In this document: in pieces, positions 1-13,399 of the stretch | Numbering within the stretch: the stretch's first letter is position 1 | Layout of the letters: each line of letters starts with the position of its first letter | Source: Euprymna scolopes | Lineage: Eukaryota | NCBI GenBank assembly: GCA_053919585.1 | Contig: CM132790.1 | Direction: 5' to 3' (one strand) | DNA length: 64,000 nt | Notes under the pieces: generated by a model | Told to the model about the DNA's origin: nothing | The model's input: only the letters and a program-made list of their open reading frames with translations | Databases searched by the model: none | Translations under genes and position numbers: made by a program

Positions 1-545
1 AGGAAAATTGTAGATTCAGCAGTAGATAAAATTATGCGGGCAGGAGTAATTGAAAGATCGAAGAACCCTAGGAGTTTACCTATAGTATTAGTAGAAAAGA
101 AAGATGAAGCAATACATTTTTTGTAGACTTTAGTGCATTGAATAAATAAACAACATACATGCCACAATTTACCAGTTATTTACGCCATAATTATCTCGGT
201 CAGCAAATACTTCTGAAAATACGGTTTAAAACCATGTTGCTGGCAGTTTAATTTAATAAGAAAGATAAATGTAAAATAGCGATCACATGTCCACGGGTGT
301 ATTTCACTATAAGGTGATGCCGGTCCGACTTACGCACGTCTCCGTAATTAATGCCCATAATTTTGCAGGGGAAAGAAAAGCTTGCGTTACCGTATTTGGA
401 TTGCATACTAATATTCTCCAAAATGAAGAAATACAGTTTAACACACATATATAAGGGATTAAGTAGTTTACGCAAGCACAACGCAAGGTTAAAAGGTACA
501 ATGTGTACGTTTTTAAGAAAGGAAATGCAGTATCTGATTTTCAAA
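1..545 (+). mobile_element. Ty3/gypsy pol, reverse transcriptase fragment (degenerate, element A)
   Basis: Frame 1 reads RKIVDSAVDKIMRAGVIERSKNPRSLPIVLVEKKDE, then a frameshifted VDF-ALNK. ORF 351-572 has YLDCILIFS (decayed YLDD). Stops and frameshifts are present. Confidence 0.85.
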
Positions 546-553
546 GGTTATAA

Positions 554-949
554 TGTATACAGTTGCAGTTAAATATGTTAGTATTATAATAACATCGTTT
601 TAAAATATATAATTCCCAACGATTATGCTTTACTATTTGCAATTCCTATTATAAAAAATCTAGCTCACATATGACATATCTCAGAACTGCGCTGAGATGA
701 TCTCTCCGTCTCTCTCTCGTTCTCTCTCTCTATCTCACTCTTTTTCTCTCTCTTTCTCCCTCTGACACACGAGTTTATACTGGAAAAAAATGAAGTGCAT
801 TACATTTGCATATTCCCACGGAATCTCGTTACCTCACATGACCAGCAATCAATAAAAATCAGGAGCGACCATTTTATTTCGTCTTTATCCATTTCCTAAA
901 ACAGACGGCACGTTGTGCAATGGCAGATTCGTACTACGTTTTAATCACA
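554..949 (-). mobile_element. Putative 3' LTR of nested element B
   Basis: On the minus strand the pol end (PEWLADY, ~985-1005) is followed by a purine tract AAGAGGGC (951-958) and then TG at 949. It contains a GA/CT tract (~700-765). The left boundary is a guess. Confidence 0.45.
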
Positions 950-969
950 TGCCCTCTTAAACGTTAAGA

Positions 970-3100
970 TCAATAATAAATACCATAGTCCGCTAGCCAC
1001 TCCGGGTGTATTCGTTCGCAGTACAACCGTCGTATACGTTCTTCAGGAACTTTATCAACACTCTCTTCATCTCCTGGCAAAGAAAACTCTTCGTATGTTT
1101 ATATGACGTGCCATTCCATTAACTCTCACTTTATTTAAGGAAAATAATTTATTTTCAGTACCTCTTTCCTAGTTATTTTTACGACGAGCGTTGGGTTGTT
1201 TCACTCACACTTGTTTACCAACCGTGTTTACCGGGTGTGCTTTTTTCTAATCTCTATTGCACCTGATGGATATCAACATTTATATGTAAAAATAGACAGG
1301 CGTGACGCTAACAGTTCACCTTGACAATCCTACACTGCCATATAATACCAAATTACAGCTTATGGGGGTGTAATTTGACTTTTTATTCCTCCGCTTTTTT
1401 AGACGAATAGTGCATCAATACAATTCCATTATCACGGGCGGTATGCAGCTCTTAAATATAGCCAAATGCCCCTCATTGCGCAGAAGTTTTTTAAAACTAC
1501 CGAAAAGTAAGGCATCCCCTTATTCACCAACGCCTCTTCTACTGACCACCGTTCGAATAACACCTCCTTGGCTATTTTTATTAACCTCTTATACCATTCT
1601 ATTTTTAGTTTTCCACCAATATTTTTACTCTTCCTAGTCCAAAGTAAATTATACAAAAATGTGGTTTATGCGGATGGTGAATGATGCCCGTAGTTATTCG
1701 CGGCCAATTTTCTTCAATTCTCTGTTGTCGTTGCTAGCCGGTGCACAAATTTATACTTCTTAAATTTTGATGTGCGGATTCGCTTTTCTCGCTAGTCCGT
1801 TTTTTCCAAGATTCTACATCCTTTTCAGGTGTATTTTACATGCTTTACTGCACACCACACCTAAGCTATGTCTTCATTTTCCTTTACCTTTACATTCTTC
1901 ACTCTGGTCAACTCGTCTTTATTTTACTGCTTTGTTTTTCACTGATGGACCCAAGGTGATGTTAAGCTTCAGTCCGATATCTAGGATTAAGTCTCCAAGA
2001 GCTCCAACGGGAACCTATAGTTAACATCCTCGCTGCTTCTTGTTGTAATGATCCGCTTATCACCAGAAATTTTCGATTTGATCCAAGATGCTACTGATGA
2101 GTAGACTGTTCTAACGTACACTATCCGTAGCCCTCTATTGATGCTCTTCACCATAACATTGCGTTCCGCAACATTGAAATGGACGCTATTATTTTCTTTT
2201 TATAGTTAACATCATCTTCAACAGCCATTCTACCTATTTACAATAATAAACACAATACCAGACTGCTAGCGTCACTCTATATTACTCTTTCATGTCTCGT
2301 TTTATATGTCATTCTCTTTATACAGAACCCATATTTTTTACTTCTGCAGTAACTTCTTGTGTTATGAGCTGTATTCCTTTTGAATTGCATCCTCCACACT
2401 GTCTGTACGCGTCTGCCATTTCATAATGCTGGGTGCATTTCGCCACAATCCAACTATAGTGTAATGGCCAACGAACTTTCTTCATGCAAAGAAAAAGCTC
2501 ATTCTTGGTTAGGTTATCTTGGCTTCCGGAATCTTGTTCCCTCGTCCTTTCATCAACCGTTCCACATTACTGCACTGTAGATTAATCCCAAAGCCATTCC
2601 GTTTTCCAATACACGGAGAGGTTTTCCGTCAATCCTTATGTTTTCACATTTCTCACACTCTTCGAAGTCACCTCGGTTTCGTCCACCAGTACATCATCGA
2701 TGTAAGAGCAGCTACCTCTCTTCATCGTATACTCTTTAGTCAACACACGTTTAAAAAACTGCCGTCATAATTTTTTAATTCAGTCGAAATCCTTATCCGG
2801 AAATACAATCAACTTGATTTTATCATCTACCAATGGATACTGACATAACTCATGTCTACATAAATTTGAAGAAATACTGGCATTTATTTCACGATATTAG
2901 TTGTCCGTTCCATCCTCTTCTAAACTTTTATGGCTTCTTCAAACACGTTGATTCCATCTTATTTTTGACAAGTTACATGCTTGCTCAATTCCCAAAAATT
3001 CCAAAAATGTATGAGTGGCAAAATTCTTTCAGCCTTTCCTGATCACGGCATCAATATTTTTTCGTCTGACCACCTCTTACCTGCATTCTCAAATTGCGAT
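970..3100 (-). mobile_element. Second gypsy-like pol (RT-RNase H-integrase), degenerate, nested antisense in element A
   Basis: Minus-strand translation gives FLQIYVD, SYIDDVLVDETEV (2693-2704), VGHYTIVG, SDASSL..VED..HFNVAE..SWIKSKISGDKRI (RNase H), EVLFERWSVEEALVNKG..RAAYRP (integrase, ORF 1432-1656) and PNAR..VNGMARHINIRRV. Confidence 0.8.
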
Positions 3101-3149
3101 TCTATATTTCTTTTGAGCGTGTTTTTGTAGCAGTTAATCCGATTTCTAA

Positions 3150-5130
3150 ACACAGGTTGTTATGTGGCGATGTATAAAGAAATGTCTTGTCGATATTTCC
3201 GAAACGTTTCTCCCATTGGCGAGGAAATGTGGACGATTTGACTGGGACGACGTATACCAGTCTTCTTTTGACAGCCTAAAAACACATCTAGCAAACATAG
3301 TAATACTTGCATACCCTGATCTTGTTTAGGACTAGAGACTGTATACAGATGACTCTGATCATTCAATTTGCTTATGTTTGTCACAAGTGGACCATGATCA
3401 GAATGAGGCTAAAGAAGTAGAAACACAGATCTACTGTTTTATCTCATGAACTTAGTAAAACCCAAACAAGATGGTTAATTATAGAAAAGAAGCATATGTG
3501 ATACACTATGCGATTAATAACCTACACCTCAACTTTCATAGTACAAGTCAGGAACTCATCGATACAAAATATGAAAATACAGACGTGAACTTCAAGTGTG
3601 GCTGGTTAAAATAACACAATACAATACCTCAAAGATGAAGAAATGTTTTTCTTTGCAGTTCTCTTATCACATGCTGTGGATTCCGTCAGAACAATGATGA
3701 TATCCTAGTATAGATAGATTGTAGGAACTGAGCATAATAAACTCGTATCTTTTTGCATCGTATAAAATGATGAAGACTCATCGGTAAAGCACGCACAACC
3801 TACGTTATCGGGTATAATCAGGAAACAAGAAGTTGATAGATATATTAGCTTTGAAGATGCGGGTGATAAACAGCAAAGAGTCCAAAATGGAAGAAAGTCT
3901 AGTATACATTACAACCCAACGAAAAACTATTAATTTGATTGTATTTATTATCACGTTTTTGGAAAAAAGGCGTTAATCCAATAGCACGAAGATAATAGTC
4001 AATGTGTGTAGAAAAGCTGTTTCACACTATAAAAACTACGGTGTCGTCTTGTTGTATTATGAAATAAAACGAATGCATTGGTAAATGTATTCACTGCCAA
4101 ACGAGAAATTTAAAGAAGCAACAACGTCAAATAAAGAAGTGCGATGTTCCTCCATTTTCGTTTTGTGAAATTGACGTAAGATATTTCAGGTAATCAGAAG
4201 ATAATTACATTTATAGGTATGTCCAGGAGTTTAGCCGAGGCTATCGTAGTTTCTAATAAAAAGGCAAAAACAGTGGTATAACCCTTGATTGATTTCTCGC
4301 AGATAAAGAGTCACCAGTGCAGCTTATAACAGATAATTGTCCAGAAAACATTATGAAATAATACAAAAGGTGTTAGAGGGACTGACTATGCATCATGTAA
4401 CCATGTCATTTTATCACCCTCAATTAAGGGTAAAATAGACAGATTCTAAAAAACGATGCATGACGTCTTAGCAAGACAGTTAGGGAACAGTCATTGGAAG
4501 TTTACACCAATCAGATGTTAGAGGCTGTTCGTTTCCATGCGAGCCCAACGACACAGTTTTAAATATACTAGTTGTTCTACACCAATGATCTTATTCCGTG
4601 TTTAGAAAACATATTTAGATCACGTTGAGTATGCTCTGATATTGAGCAGAGTAGGAATCTCTATACAAGAGATACATCGGGTCTTTACTTTAGCATCTTC
4701 AAACCTTATTTAACATGGGGAAGTTTAGGATAATATAATGGAATATTCCTAGGAAAAACAAAAACGGTAAAATTCACTATTAGTGACTTAGTTTACTACA
4801 ACAAAAACAATAAAAGATAAGTAAATTAGATTTAGTCGTACAATGTAGTAATAGTAAAGCAGGTTATGTCTCGTATAGAACTAGTGATCAAATTACAAGC
4901 TCTGTAACGGAGGCGAATGCTTAACACCGCAGGACATCGTCTATTTATGAATGGGATATCCCCGCTACAGAGAGAATATAAAAAAAAACTGCATTGGCTA
5001 TTCTAAGGGAATCTTGCGATTAAACTAGTAAATCCGTCGAAAAAGACACTAATTTTCCAATGCAGAAATTTCTACATCAAAATGAGAGATCGAAAGAGGC
5101 AGATGACCTACCATTGATAGAGAAAAATAC
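3150..5130 (+). mobile_element. Ty3/gypsy pol continuation (RT-RNase H linker, RNase H, integrase) of element A
   Basis: FDWDDVYQSSFDSLKTHLANIVILAYPDL..LYTDDSD (~3237-3360), SHELSKTQTRW..IEK, CIHCQTRN (~4086, integrase Zn), LITDN..HVTMSFYHPQ. Many stops. Confidence 0.8.
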
Positions 5131-6299
5131 GTTCCTGTAACTTAGGGGAAACCATCCTCCTTTTGCGTTATGTGAAGCCCCAGTGAAAAGAAGTAGGTTC
5201 CATCAGGAAATATAAATGATGAGCAGGGAAAGGAGGAGTGTAAAAGAGAATCAGGAGAGAAGTAGTTATTTTTAGGTAAGGAGTATATTGTTTTGTCAAG
5301 TAATGAAACCCCGCCCTGAAATATAAAGAAAATATCCTTTTCCGTTGGTTCATTCACAGACGACAGTTTTAAGGATAGTAGCGTTACGCCGCTTAAACAT
5401 ATCATGTGGAATGGTATGAAATTAACATTAAAAAAATAAAACTCGAGCAGACGCACACATAAGACTATCGAGTGTCATTTGTCCGGTGCCAATTTCATAA
5501 TTGCGACGCGGTTACCGTAGATGTTTTATAAACACGCATCGAAATGTCTCCGAAAAGAATAAACCCACTCTCCGCGCATGAAAAAAAGATTTGCAAAAGT
5601 ATTAAGAAAAAGGGCGATATGCCGCAGCTATAACAAGTCGGAAAATAAAGGGAAAATTATAAATATACACTGAAAATATGAACAGAAAATATAAAAGAAA
5701 CGTACATAGTCACAACATAAATGAAAGAAAATAAAACTGCTAATGTGTACATTGCACAAATGTATTGTTTTCTGAGAATTTTTGCCAAATTATTTGAATG
5801 CTTGTTTTCAAAGCAGCACTAAAATGCCCTTTCTTATTAAACTAAAAAAATGTACGTAAATTATTATAAAAATGCATCGTTTCATTTTTTAAATCTTCCG
5901 CTTTCCTATTTTGTGTGGTGAGTAAAAAAGCAATCTATATTAATGTGTCCATTGTTTAACTTTGCAGTTTTCCGTTTTCTGGTGTAGAAAACAATACATA
6001 TATTAGTTTCAAGAACTGAAATATGAGGGAAGACCAAGGAAAAAATCCGGCATATGCAACTGCGCACAGTAAAAAAGAGACATTGTTTTATTGCTAAATA
6101 TCGTGTTACATAGACAAGCATCTCTACTTACTTATTTCTGGATTAAATTTTTATGTGTTGCTGTGTTGCATTACGTGATAATATAGACGCGTGTAAATCT
6201 GTATAGAAATTAGAAATACATATACATTTACTTATCAAATATTTTATATAAAAAGGTAGTAGTGTGCATATGTTAAATTTCTGAATGATGAGTTTGGAC

Positions 6300-6660
6300 A
6301 AACACACACCCAGGAAATGTGAGCAAAGGTCACATCCGGCATCATGGTGTGGTTGAGTGACGGCAAACTTAAATGCCGCTCACAGGTTTCTGCAATTCTG
6401 GGAGCTGTCGTCACAGCAAGGTCAAAATTTTAAGCCCAAAATCTCTTTTCACAGAGTAGTCAGCTTTTTGTGAAACAATGTAGATGAAAATATCACCTTT
6501 ATCTGGACCAAATAAAAAAGAAACAATGAAGGGGGGTATGGATAGTCGCCACAGCTACAAAATAGAGGTGCTAGTAATACCATCTTCTCCAATTCATCCA
6601 CCGACCCCATCACAAGAACCATTACATTTGTCCATTTGTCATTAAAATTTGTCATGTTAT
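6300..6660 (-). mobile_element. Possible DNA transposase C-terminal remnant (Sola2-like HGKGxCDGxGG motif)
   Basis: Minus strand reads NGSCDGVGG (~6597-6623) followed by frameshifted TIHTP-SLF. Only one motif is recognisable. Confidence 0.3.
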
Positions 6661-7808
6661 ATTTCCAAAATAAGTGAAGGAAATTGTTGTTTTAAAATCT
6701 AAGATTCTTAAACAGATAAGAAGATTAGAAATGTAAAACAAAAGCCAGCGCACCACGAAGTTACAACAAAGAGACGGGTGTCTTAAAACAAAGAAAAAAC
6801 AGCATAATCCAATGTACCAAATTTCCACAACACACGATTACTCCGATAGTATATCATTGACCAATTAATCTTTATCAGCAAATGTCACACGGGACTTTAT
6901 AATTGGTAAATCCTATGTAAGATAAATAGTAACACGTATTTCTGTATGCAGTAAGAAAAAGTAAACTACAATGTACTTACAAATATATGATATTTTGTTG
7001 TTTTCTCGTTACACATTTGATCCGTTTTTTTTTCTTGGCACATTGTTTATTTCTTTCGTATTTTTTAATATGGGGATTAAATAAAATAACAATAAAATGG
7101 AGAAAGTATTCTTGTGTTGTGTTTCAGGAAATAGATGTGAAGTTAAAATGCGGTGCAAAACGTTTAGAAGTTTCAAAGGAACGACTCCTTTCTAAAGACT
7201 ACAAATCTAGAGGGACGGATGATATAAGGTATGGTTATAAGATATGAAAAATATTTTAGAATAATCGAAGCCTCGGCTGATGGAGCATACCTCGAAGCAC
7301 TTTTGACCACAAAGGGCCAGCTTGGGCTATTCATGTTGAAGCTCGACTGAAGACATGGAAATAAATATCTGCAACATAAAAGTTAAGTAGAACAAATATA
7401 TTAAACAAGAAATCATACAGAATATTTACATAGAGGCCATTGGTATAGTCATGGGGAAATCGTCCTAGGAGAGGATGCCTGGGTAGTTCTCGACCTGTTG
7501 TCTCACGTTCGGTTTCTCGTTGGGTTTCTCCCAGCTTCACGGTATCAACTACATTTATATTGTTGACACTTTACGTATTCTTATTAGGGACGCACTGCCA
7601 CAACAATTCTTAAATTGATAACGACAATTATTGGAAAGTATACGTGGCTAGAATTAAAACGATTCTTATAAGACTCTTACGAGATAGTCCTAAATCCTTA
7701 CACGTATGTAGTAAAATTAGCGAATGGTAGGCAGGGAAATGCAAAAGTACTTCAAGTTTATACGCAAAGGAAGCATCAAGTGCGATACATGAATATTATA
7801 CGTTAGAA

Positions 7809-7812
<4 letters not shown>

Positions 7813-7866
<54 letters not shown>

Positions 7867-7873
7867 GTATATA
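7813..7873. repeat. (TA)n/(TATG)n microsatellite
   Basis: Directly visible. Confidence 0.95.
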
Positions 7874-10179
7874 TCAGGGTTTTTGTAGGCCTCAGAGATA
7901 AAGCAGTCAACATGAGGGATAACTTCGAATCCATGGAGCTTATCCTTAGCCTTAGCAAATTATATATATATATATATAGAAGATATGGCTTGATGCAATC
8001 AATGAATATTAAGACGAACCAATGAAGGTTTGACAGCTTAGACGGAGAATTCAAGTTAAAGCCGTGTGTCCAGCCAGTTCTACAAACTACCATTTTAGAC
8101 GATAGAGTACACGCCGGGTAAAATTCTGAAAATATCTGGTCAGAGAGAAACCACATTTGAGCGACAAAATGCAGATCGGAAGTTTTCATAATGTGGACGC
8201 TATAAACAGATACAGAGGAGGAGAGACCAATAGACTCATTGACAACAAGATAAGGGTACGAGCAATACAGTTTTCTGCGAACTACCCACCAATCCCTTCA
8301 CGCACACCATTTGATTTGTCAATCTGCTATTGAAAATAAAAGAGCTTATGTTTACAAAAGTAAACGAAAGTTTTATAATTAGCTGGGAGGGTTTGCTTAT
8401 TTTTACCAGCGAGTTTTTAGTCAAAATTTGACAGGAATTGTTTTTTTTCTCAAATTCAATAGGCGTAAACAAACTTATCATTCCGGGCCTCACGATGAAA
8501 TATAAGTTGTTAAAACGATTTTTATGGTTTTCTTTAACTAATTTCTTCCGCATTGCCGCCATTCCGAATTTATTTTTTTCTAGAATAAACTACCATATTG
8601 GAAGTAATTGCACCAAATCCGAAAGTTATTGCGTCTAGAAAAAAAGCTGGTTTTTACATGTGTGGTTTCCAAAAGAGAGTTTTAGCTAGTTAGCGCAATT
8701 AGCCGGGACTTAGCGCAATTACAACAAATTACACTGTATCATTTCGTATTTATATTGCACATAATTTCACGAGCGTTAGCATGAGTTCTATAGATTGCTT
8801 ACAGGAAAAACGCCTGCTATCATATTTTTCCATTAATATACTTTACATGTAGCCTGACTTGTACTTTCGTAATTTTTTTAAAATTTATTTCAAATTTACA
8901 TTTTTACAGTGCAAACTAGCAGTAAATCGTCCAGTACGTTACACGATTTTGACGATGTCCACCTATCCAAATTACAACTTGTTTTGTTTGAATTATAATG
9001 AAATAATATAAAAATCGGGTACATTTGCGCTCTTAATTATACTCATAGAGAGCACATTATCATAATAACCGTCATTTTGTTTCTATATACCGGCTATTTC
9101 TGGATGTCCTAATTAAATCTGTATAAGTTTGATTAAAAGTGCGAGAATATAGAATTCAGGTGAATCTTCTGTTACGGTTTGGTCATTTTAGACAAAAAGC
9201 CTTATACAAAAATGTAATAAAACGCCTGTATGGTAATAATATCTCACTCATCAACATGGTATTTTAATATATAGACATGCCTATAGTATAACTGAAATTT
9301 CTTTAACAATTAATATTCAAATTACATATATCATTGAACAGCTGCCGATATTTATATCATTATATGTAGTTATTGTATGTAATTAAATATACGTTTACAT
9401 TCATTTCATATTTATTTACGTATGTACTTTTTTATGCCGTGTATCGATTTTATTGCATTTTACTTCACGACATCAATTGTTTTTTTTATTAGTTTAAATT
9501 TAGAAAGTTGTATTTTAGATAAGACCATAAGTATACGTTCAGTGAATATATGCAGCAACCGATTGCCAGTTTTCCTTCGCAGTTATGCAACGAACACAAG
9601 GCACACCTTAATTTATAAGGAGTGAAAAATCTGTATAAGCGATCCAATAAATATCAGCACACATACACATGATATGTAAGAAAAAATGTTAGTAAATATG
9701 ACAACTGAAAGAAACATCTGAAGAAACAAAATACTGAAATTAATTTTTACAAAGAGAAATAGGAATTAATACAAGCCCTGTAGAAATCAATATAAGTTTT
9801 AAGGAAAACAATAAGCTTTCTTTTTTAAACAATATCCGTATAATACTCTGTTTTATTAGAAACATGAAAGGTTTGCAATTATCAATTTGAAAACAAATAA
9901 TTTACTTTTTTAGATACGATTATACATTTTTGAATCAGAAAGGAGTGGCGACAGTTAAGAAGAATAATAACATTCGGTTATATACTCAATTAAGTCTATC
10001 TATGTTCATAGGCGGTTCCAAACATATTCGTATGGTATTGCAAACCGAATTTTTGGGTAATCGCGCCAAATCCGTGGGTTTGCAACAACTAAAAATTTAC
10101 TCATTGTATGTGTGGTTGCAAAAGGAGCATTTTAAACTACAGGGCGCAATTGGCCTGAACCTGGCACACTTACCCAAAA

Positions 10180-10820
10180 GTACGAAGTTTTCGAAGGATA
10201 TTGCAAATGTTTCATCAAATATTGCATAAGTATTCGTACATTATTGAAAAGTCTTCCTACAACATTGAAAACTATTCATACGATATTGCAATATTTTTGT
10301 ACGATATTGCAAACTATTCATGCAATATTGCAAAGCGTTTTGTACGATAGTGCAGACATATTTGTAAGATATAGCAAAACGTTCGTACGACAATGCAAAA
10401 TTATTAGTAACATATTGCAAAATTGTATGTACGCTATTGCATAATTATTCGTATGATATTGCAAAACTTCGTATTATATTGCAAAACTACTCATATGGTA
10501 TTGCCAAACTATTCGTATTATATTGCAAAACTATTCGTATTATATGGCAAAACTATTCGTATGGTATTGCAAAACTATTCGTATGATATTGCAAAATTAT
10601 TCGTGTTATGTTGATTAAATTTTATTACGATATTGCAAACATGTTCGTACGTTATTGCCAAAATGTTCGTACGATATTGTGAAAGTGTTCATACGATATG
10701 GCACCTATGTGTGTACAATATTGCAAAACATTCTAACTATATTGCAAAACCTTCATAGGATATTGCAAAATTATCCGTATGGCATTGCACCACTTTCATA
10801 GGATATGGCGAACATATCCG
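10180..10820 (+). repeat. Diverged ~22-bp minisatellite array (consensus TATTCGTACGATATTGCAAAAC)
   Basis: Many imperfect tandem copies; an isolated copy also lies at ~10024-10044. Confidence 0.9.
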
Positions 10821-10927
10821 CTATAAAAAAAACTAAGGTGTGCCGTTAATAAAGAATTTTTAAAACACTTTTGCATGTGAAAAAAATATATATAAAATTT
10901 CAAAATATATATATATATATAAAATTT

Positions 10928-10966
<39 letters not shown>

Positions 10967-11519
10967 AAAGTTTTGTAAGTTTGCCAGTAAGAGACGTGTT
11001 TTTATCTTACAGATTTACTAGCATAGTTACTCGCCGTTTCCTGTTGATATGAACACATTAAATATTATTTACGAAATAGTGTAAACGTATAATTTCTTAC
11101 CAAAATATGTTAGATTCTGAGAAATAGTTTAAAATACAAAAAGTAAACGAAGGCATTAAAAAATGTATATTAATTATTTAGTTCATAGTAAATATCTGCA
11201 CGCTCCCGGAAAAAAAAAGAATGAATCATTGAGTCTGTCTGTAAAATCAAGTGAAATCTTCTCCAGTTAGAGGGTGGATATCTTCAACCATCGCTTGTGT
11301 CAACACTTTATTGCGGTCTAACGGACGAGGATCTTACTTTCCTGTTACTCTTCGTGAAACTTTATGGTGGTCACGAACGCCGAACAGAGATAGAAGTGGT
11401 ATGCTAGGTAAGGTCAGCTATTTTTTTATTCGTATGCCATGGTATATACCTGCGTTATCCTTGCTTACTATGGCCTAGTAAGGGAACATAGGTTCCAAGT
11501 CGAAAAAATCTGTCTGGAT

Positions 11520-11850
11520 GTTTTTGTTTTTTTTTTACTATTGAACAGCTTTCAATATCCTCGGGTTTATTCAAAGTAATACTTCCACTATTGTCACGGA
11601 TCTTATTTTCGGTAGTACTCTTACCCGTTGACTCGACAAATGCATGTTGAATCCCGATTCATCTAAGTATATTCGTGAGGTGGCTGATCGCGTACGGTTC
11701 ATATTTCCCAGGCGTATTTAACACAGCCGTTTTGTCCCCTACCGAGTTCATTTCAGCCGATAGTATCTGCGGCTTTTTTTCGTAAGCTCGTATTGCCCAT
11801 AAAGGTAATGGAAATAACGTGGATATTTTTCTCAAACCGTGCAGGTAAAT
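11520..11850 (-). mobile_element. IS630/Tc1-like (DDE_3) transposase fragment
   Basis: Minus strand reads KKPQILSAEMNS..RIYLDESGFNMH, the first catalytic-D motif of IS630-type transposases. Confidence 0.5.
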
Positions 11851-11979
11851 CGCTCCATATGCTTGTTAATATTATTGTTATTAGGTTGCAGCGATAAATG
11901 TGTGTGCGTAAAGAAAACACCACTAGAGTTTATGTTAAAACTTTTATTTTAAAAAAAAATCATTTCATTTAATTTTATT

Positions 11980-13050
11980 TTGTAGTAGATTAAACATATA
12001 TCAATTATAGCCGCCTACAGCCTCAATCTGAAGAGTTCAGAACTGAACGCATGCCTTTTACATAGAACCTGGGGATACTCGGCAAATACTTGGGATATGG
12101 CGGCAATTAGGATGGAAATGTTTTGTTGGAAATCATGTTGCTTATGTTCTCGACGTAGGTTTCCATCTAAATAGTCCAGCATGTTCAGGTCGGGGGAGCG
12201 GCAGTTAGTGAGAGAAAGCACTTTTTCTGAAGCCACACCTGGGTTGCTTAAACATGTTGGCTAGCGCCGAGAACTATCGCAACACCCATGCTCATTCATA
12301 TGCCACTCGATTGCAAAAGCGGGTATCACACCCTTTAGCACATCCCGGCACATTTTAGTGTTGGATTTCAAGCCATATTGGAATATGTGACTTGCATAAT
12401 TTTGCCCTCGCTTGAAACCACCCTAAAGAACATAACCCTGACCCAAAACGCATTTTCATCACACTGACACATCTGTGATATTCCTAGCAAGCCAGAAATG
12501 TATTTTTACGGTGTCTGTCATGGTCTTGTTGCATAACTTAGATCGGGAGATAGCATGATTTGTACAGCGCAGCGTCCCCGATCTCGCTCATTGAACATAG
12601 TGTCACTTTCAGACATGAGATGGGTCCTATATCTCTTCAAGCTTGTACACAACTGCTCAACTATATATGGGTTGCAACACACACAAAAACCCATGTTTGT
12701 CATCAAATGGAAATGGACTCATGTCGTTTTTTTCTAAACCGGAATTATCGTCCAACCCTGTTTTCTCCTTTTCCTACTCGACGTAGTATTTACGTTCACA
12801 TTTCTTCTGTGATCACAGTTATTCCACGAGACCTTTGCATTGTTTCTTGAGTTTCGATCTTGATATAAAATTACCTTGGTTTAAACGGTAGCTGTATTTC
12901 TTTCGGGTGTAGTATTTTATTGGGCATTATTGCCGCTTGGGCTAGTGATAATTATGGCGTTGCAACGATACTCTTATATTTCTTCACTCGTCAGGTTTTC
13001 TGACTATAGGAATATAAAGTGTCACGCTATTCGAGAATATGTTCATGCTT
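11980..13050 (-). mobile_element. Tc1/mariner-superfamily transposase remnant (maT/DD37D-like)
   Basis: VMFFRVVSSEGKIM..HIFQYGLKSN (~12350-12440) and RSPDLNMLDY..LIAAI..FA..RL in ORF 12015-12236. Frameshifted; TIRs not resolved. Confidence 0.75.
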
Positions 13051-13399
13051 TAGGGAGCTAAATTCACGATAAATCCGATGATGTCAAGATTTGTGCGTTG
13101 GACCTGGACTAGATTCTGATGTGGCATGTTAGTATAGGGTCACGCGATCGGGATCACTACCCACATGCTGTGTCGTCGCCTACCTTACGGTTGGGTGATA
13201 CCAATGATGTTTAATATTTAAAATAATGTAGTATACTATTTCTTTCTATTCAAACTTTTTAGAGTAAATATTCTATTTCACAAAATACACAAGTTAATAA
13301 TATTATACGTGTACATAATTTCAAATGTCTAGTCGGTTTTTCGATGAACTAACTGTAAAGCCTCATATTAAAATATTTGCTGAAAATAAAATTTAGATA

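Noticed and set aside
1790-1880. Apparent CCHC zinc knuckle of a gag on the minus strand
   Set aside because: Flanking motifs place it between RNase H and the integrase core of element B, so it is not gag.
2090-2120. CTGATGA hammerhead seed (also at ~24065, ~14171, ~53049)
   Set aside because: No properly placed stem II plus GAAA; the first two lie inside TE coding sequence.
7875-8260. Possible LINE RT C-terminal fragment on the minus strand
   Set aside because: Only vague resemblance; no diagnostic motif could be read.
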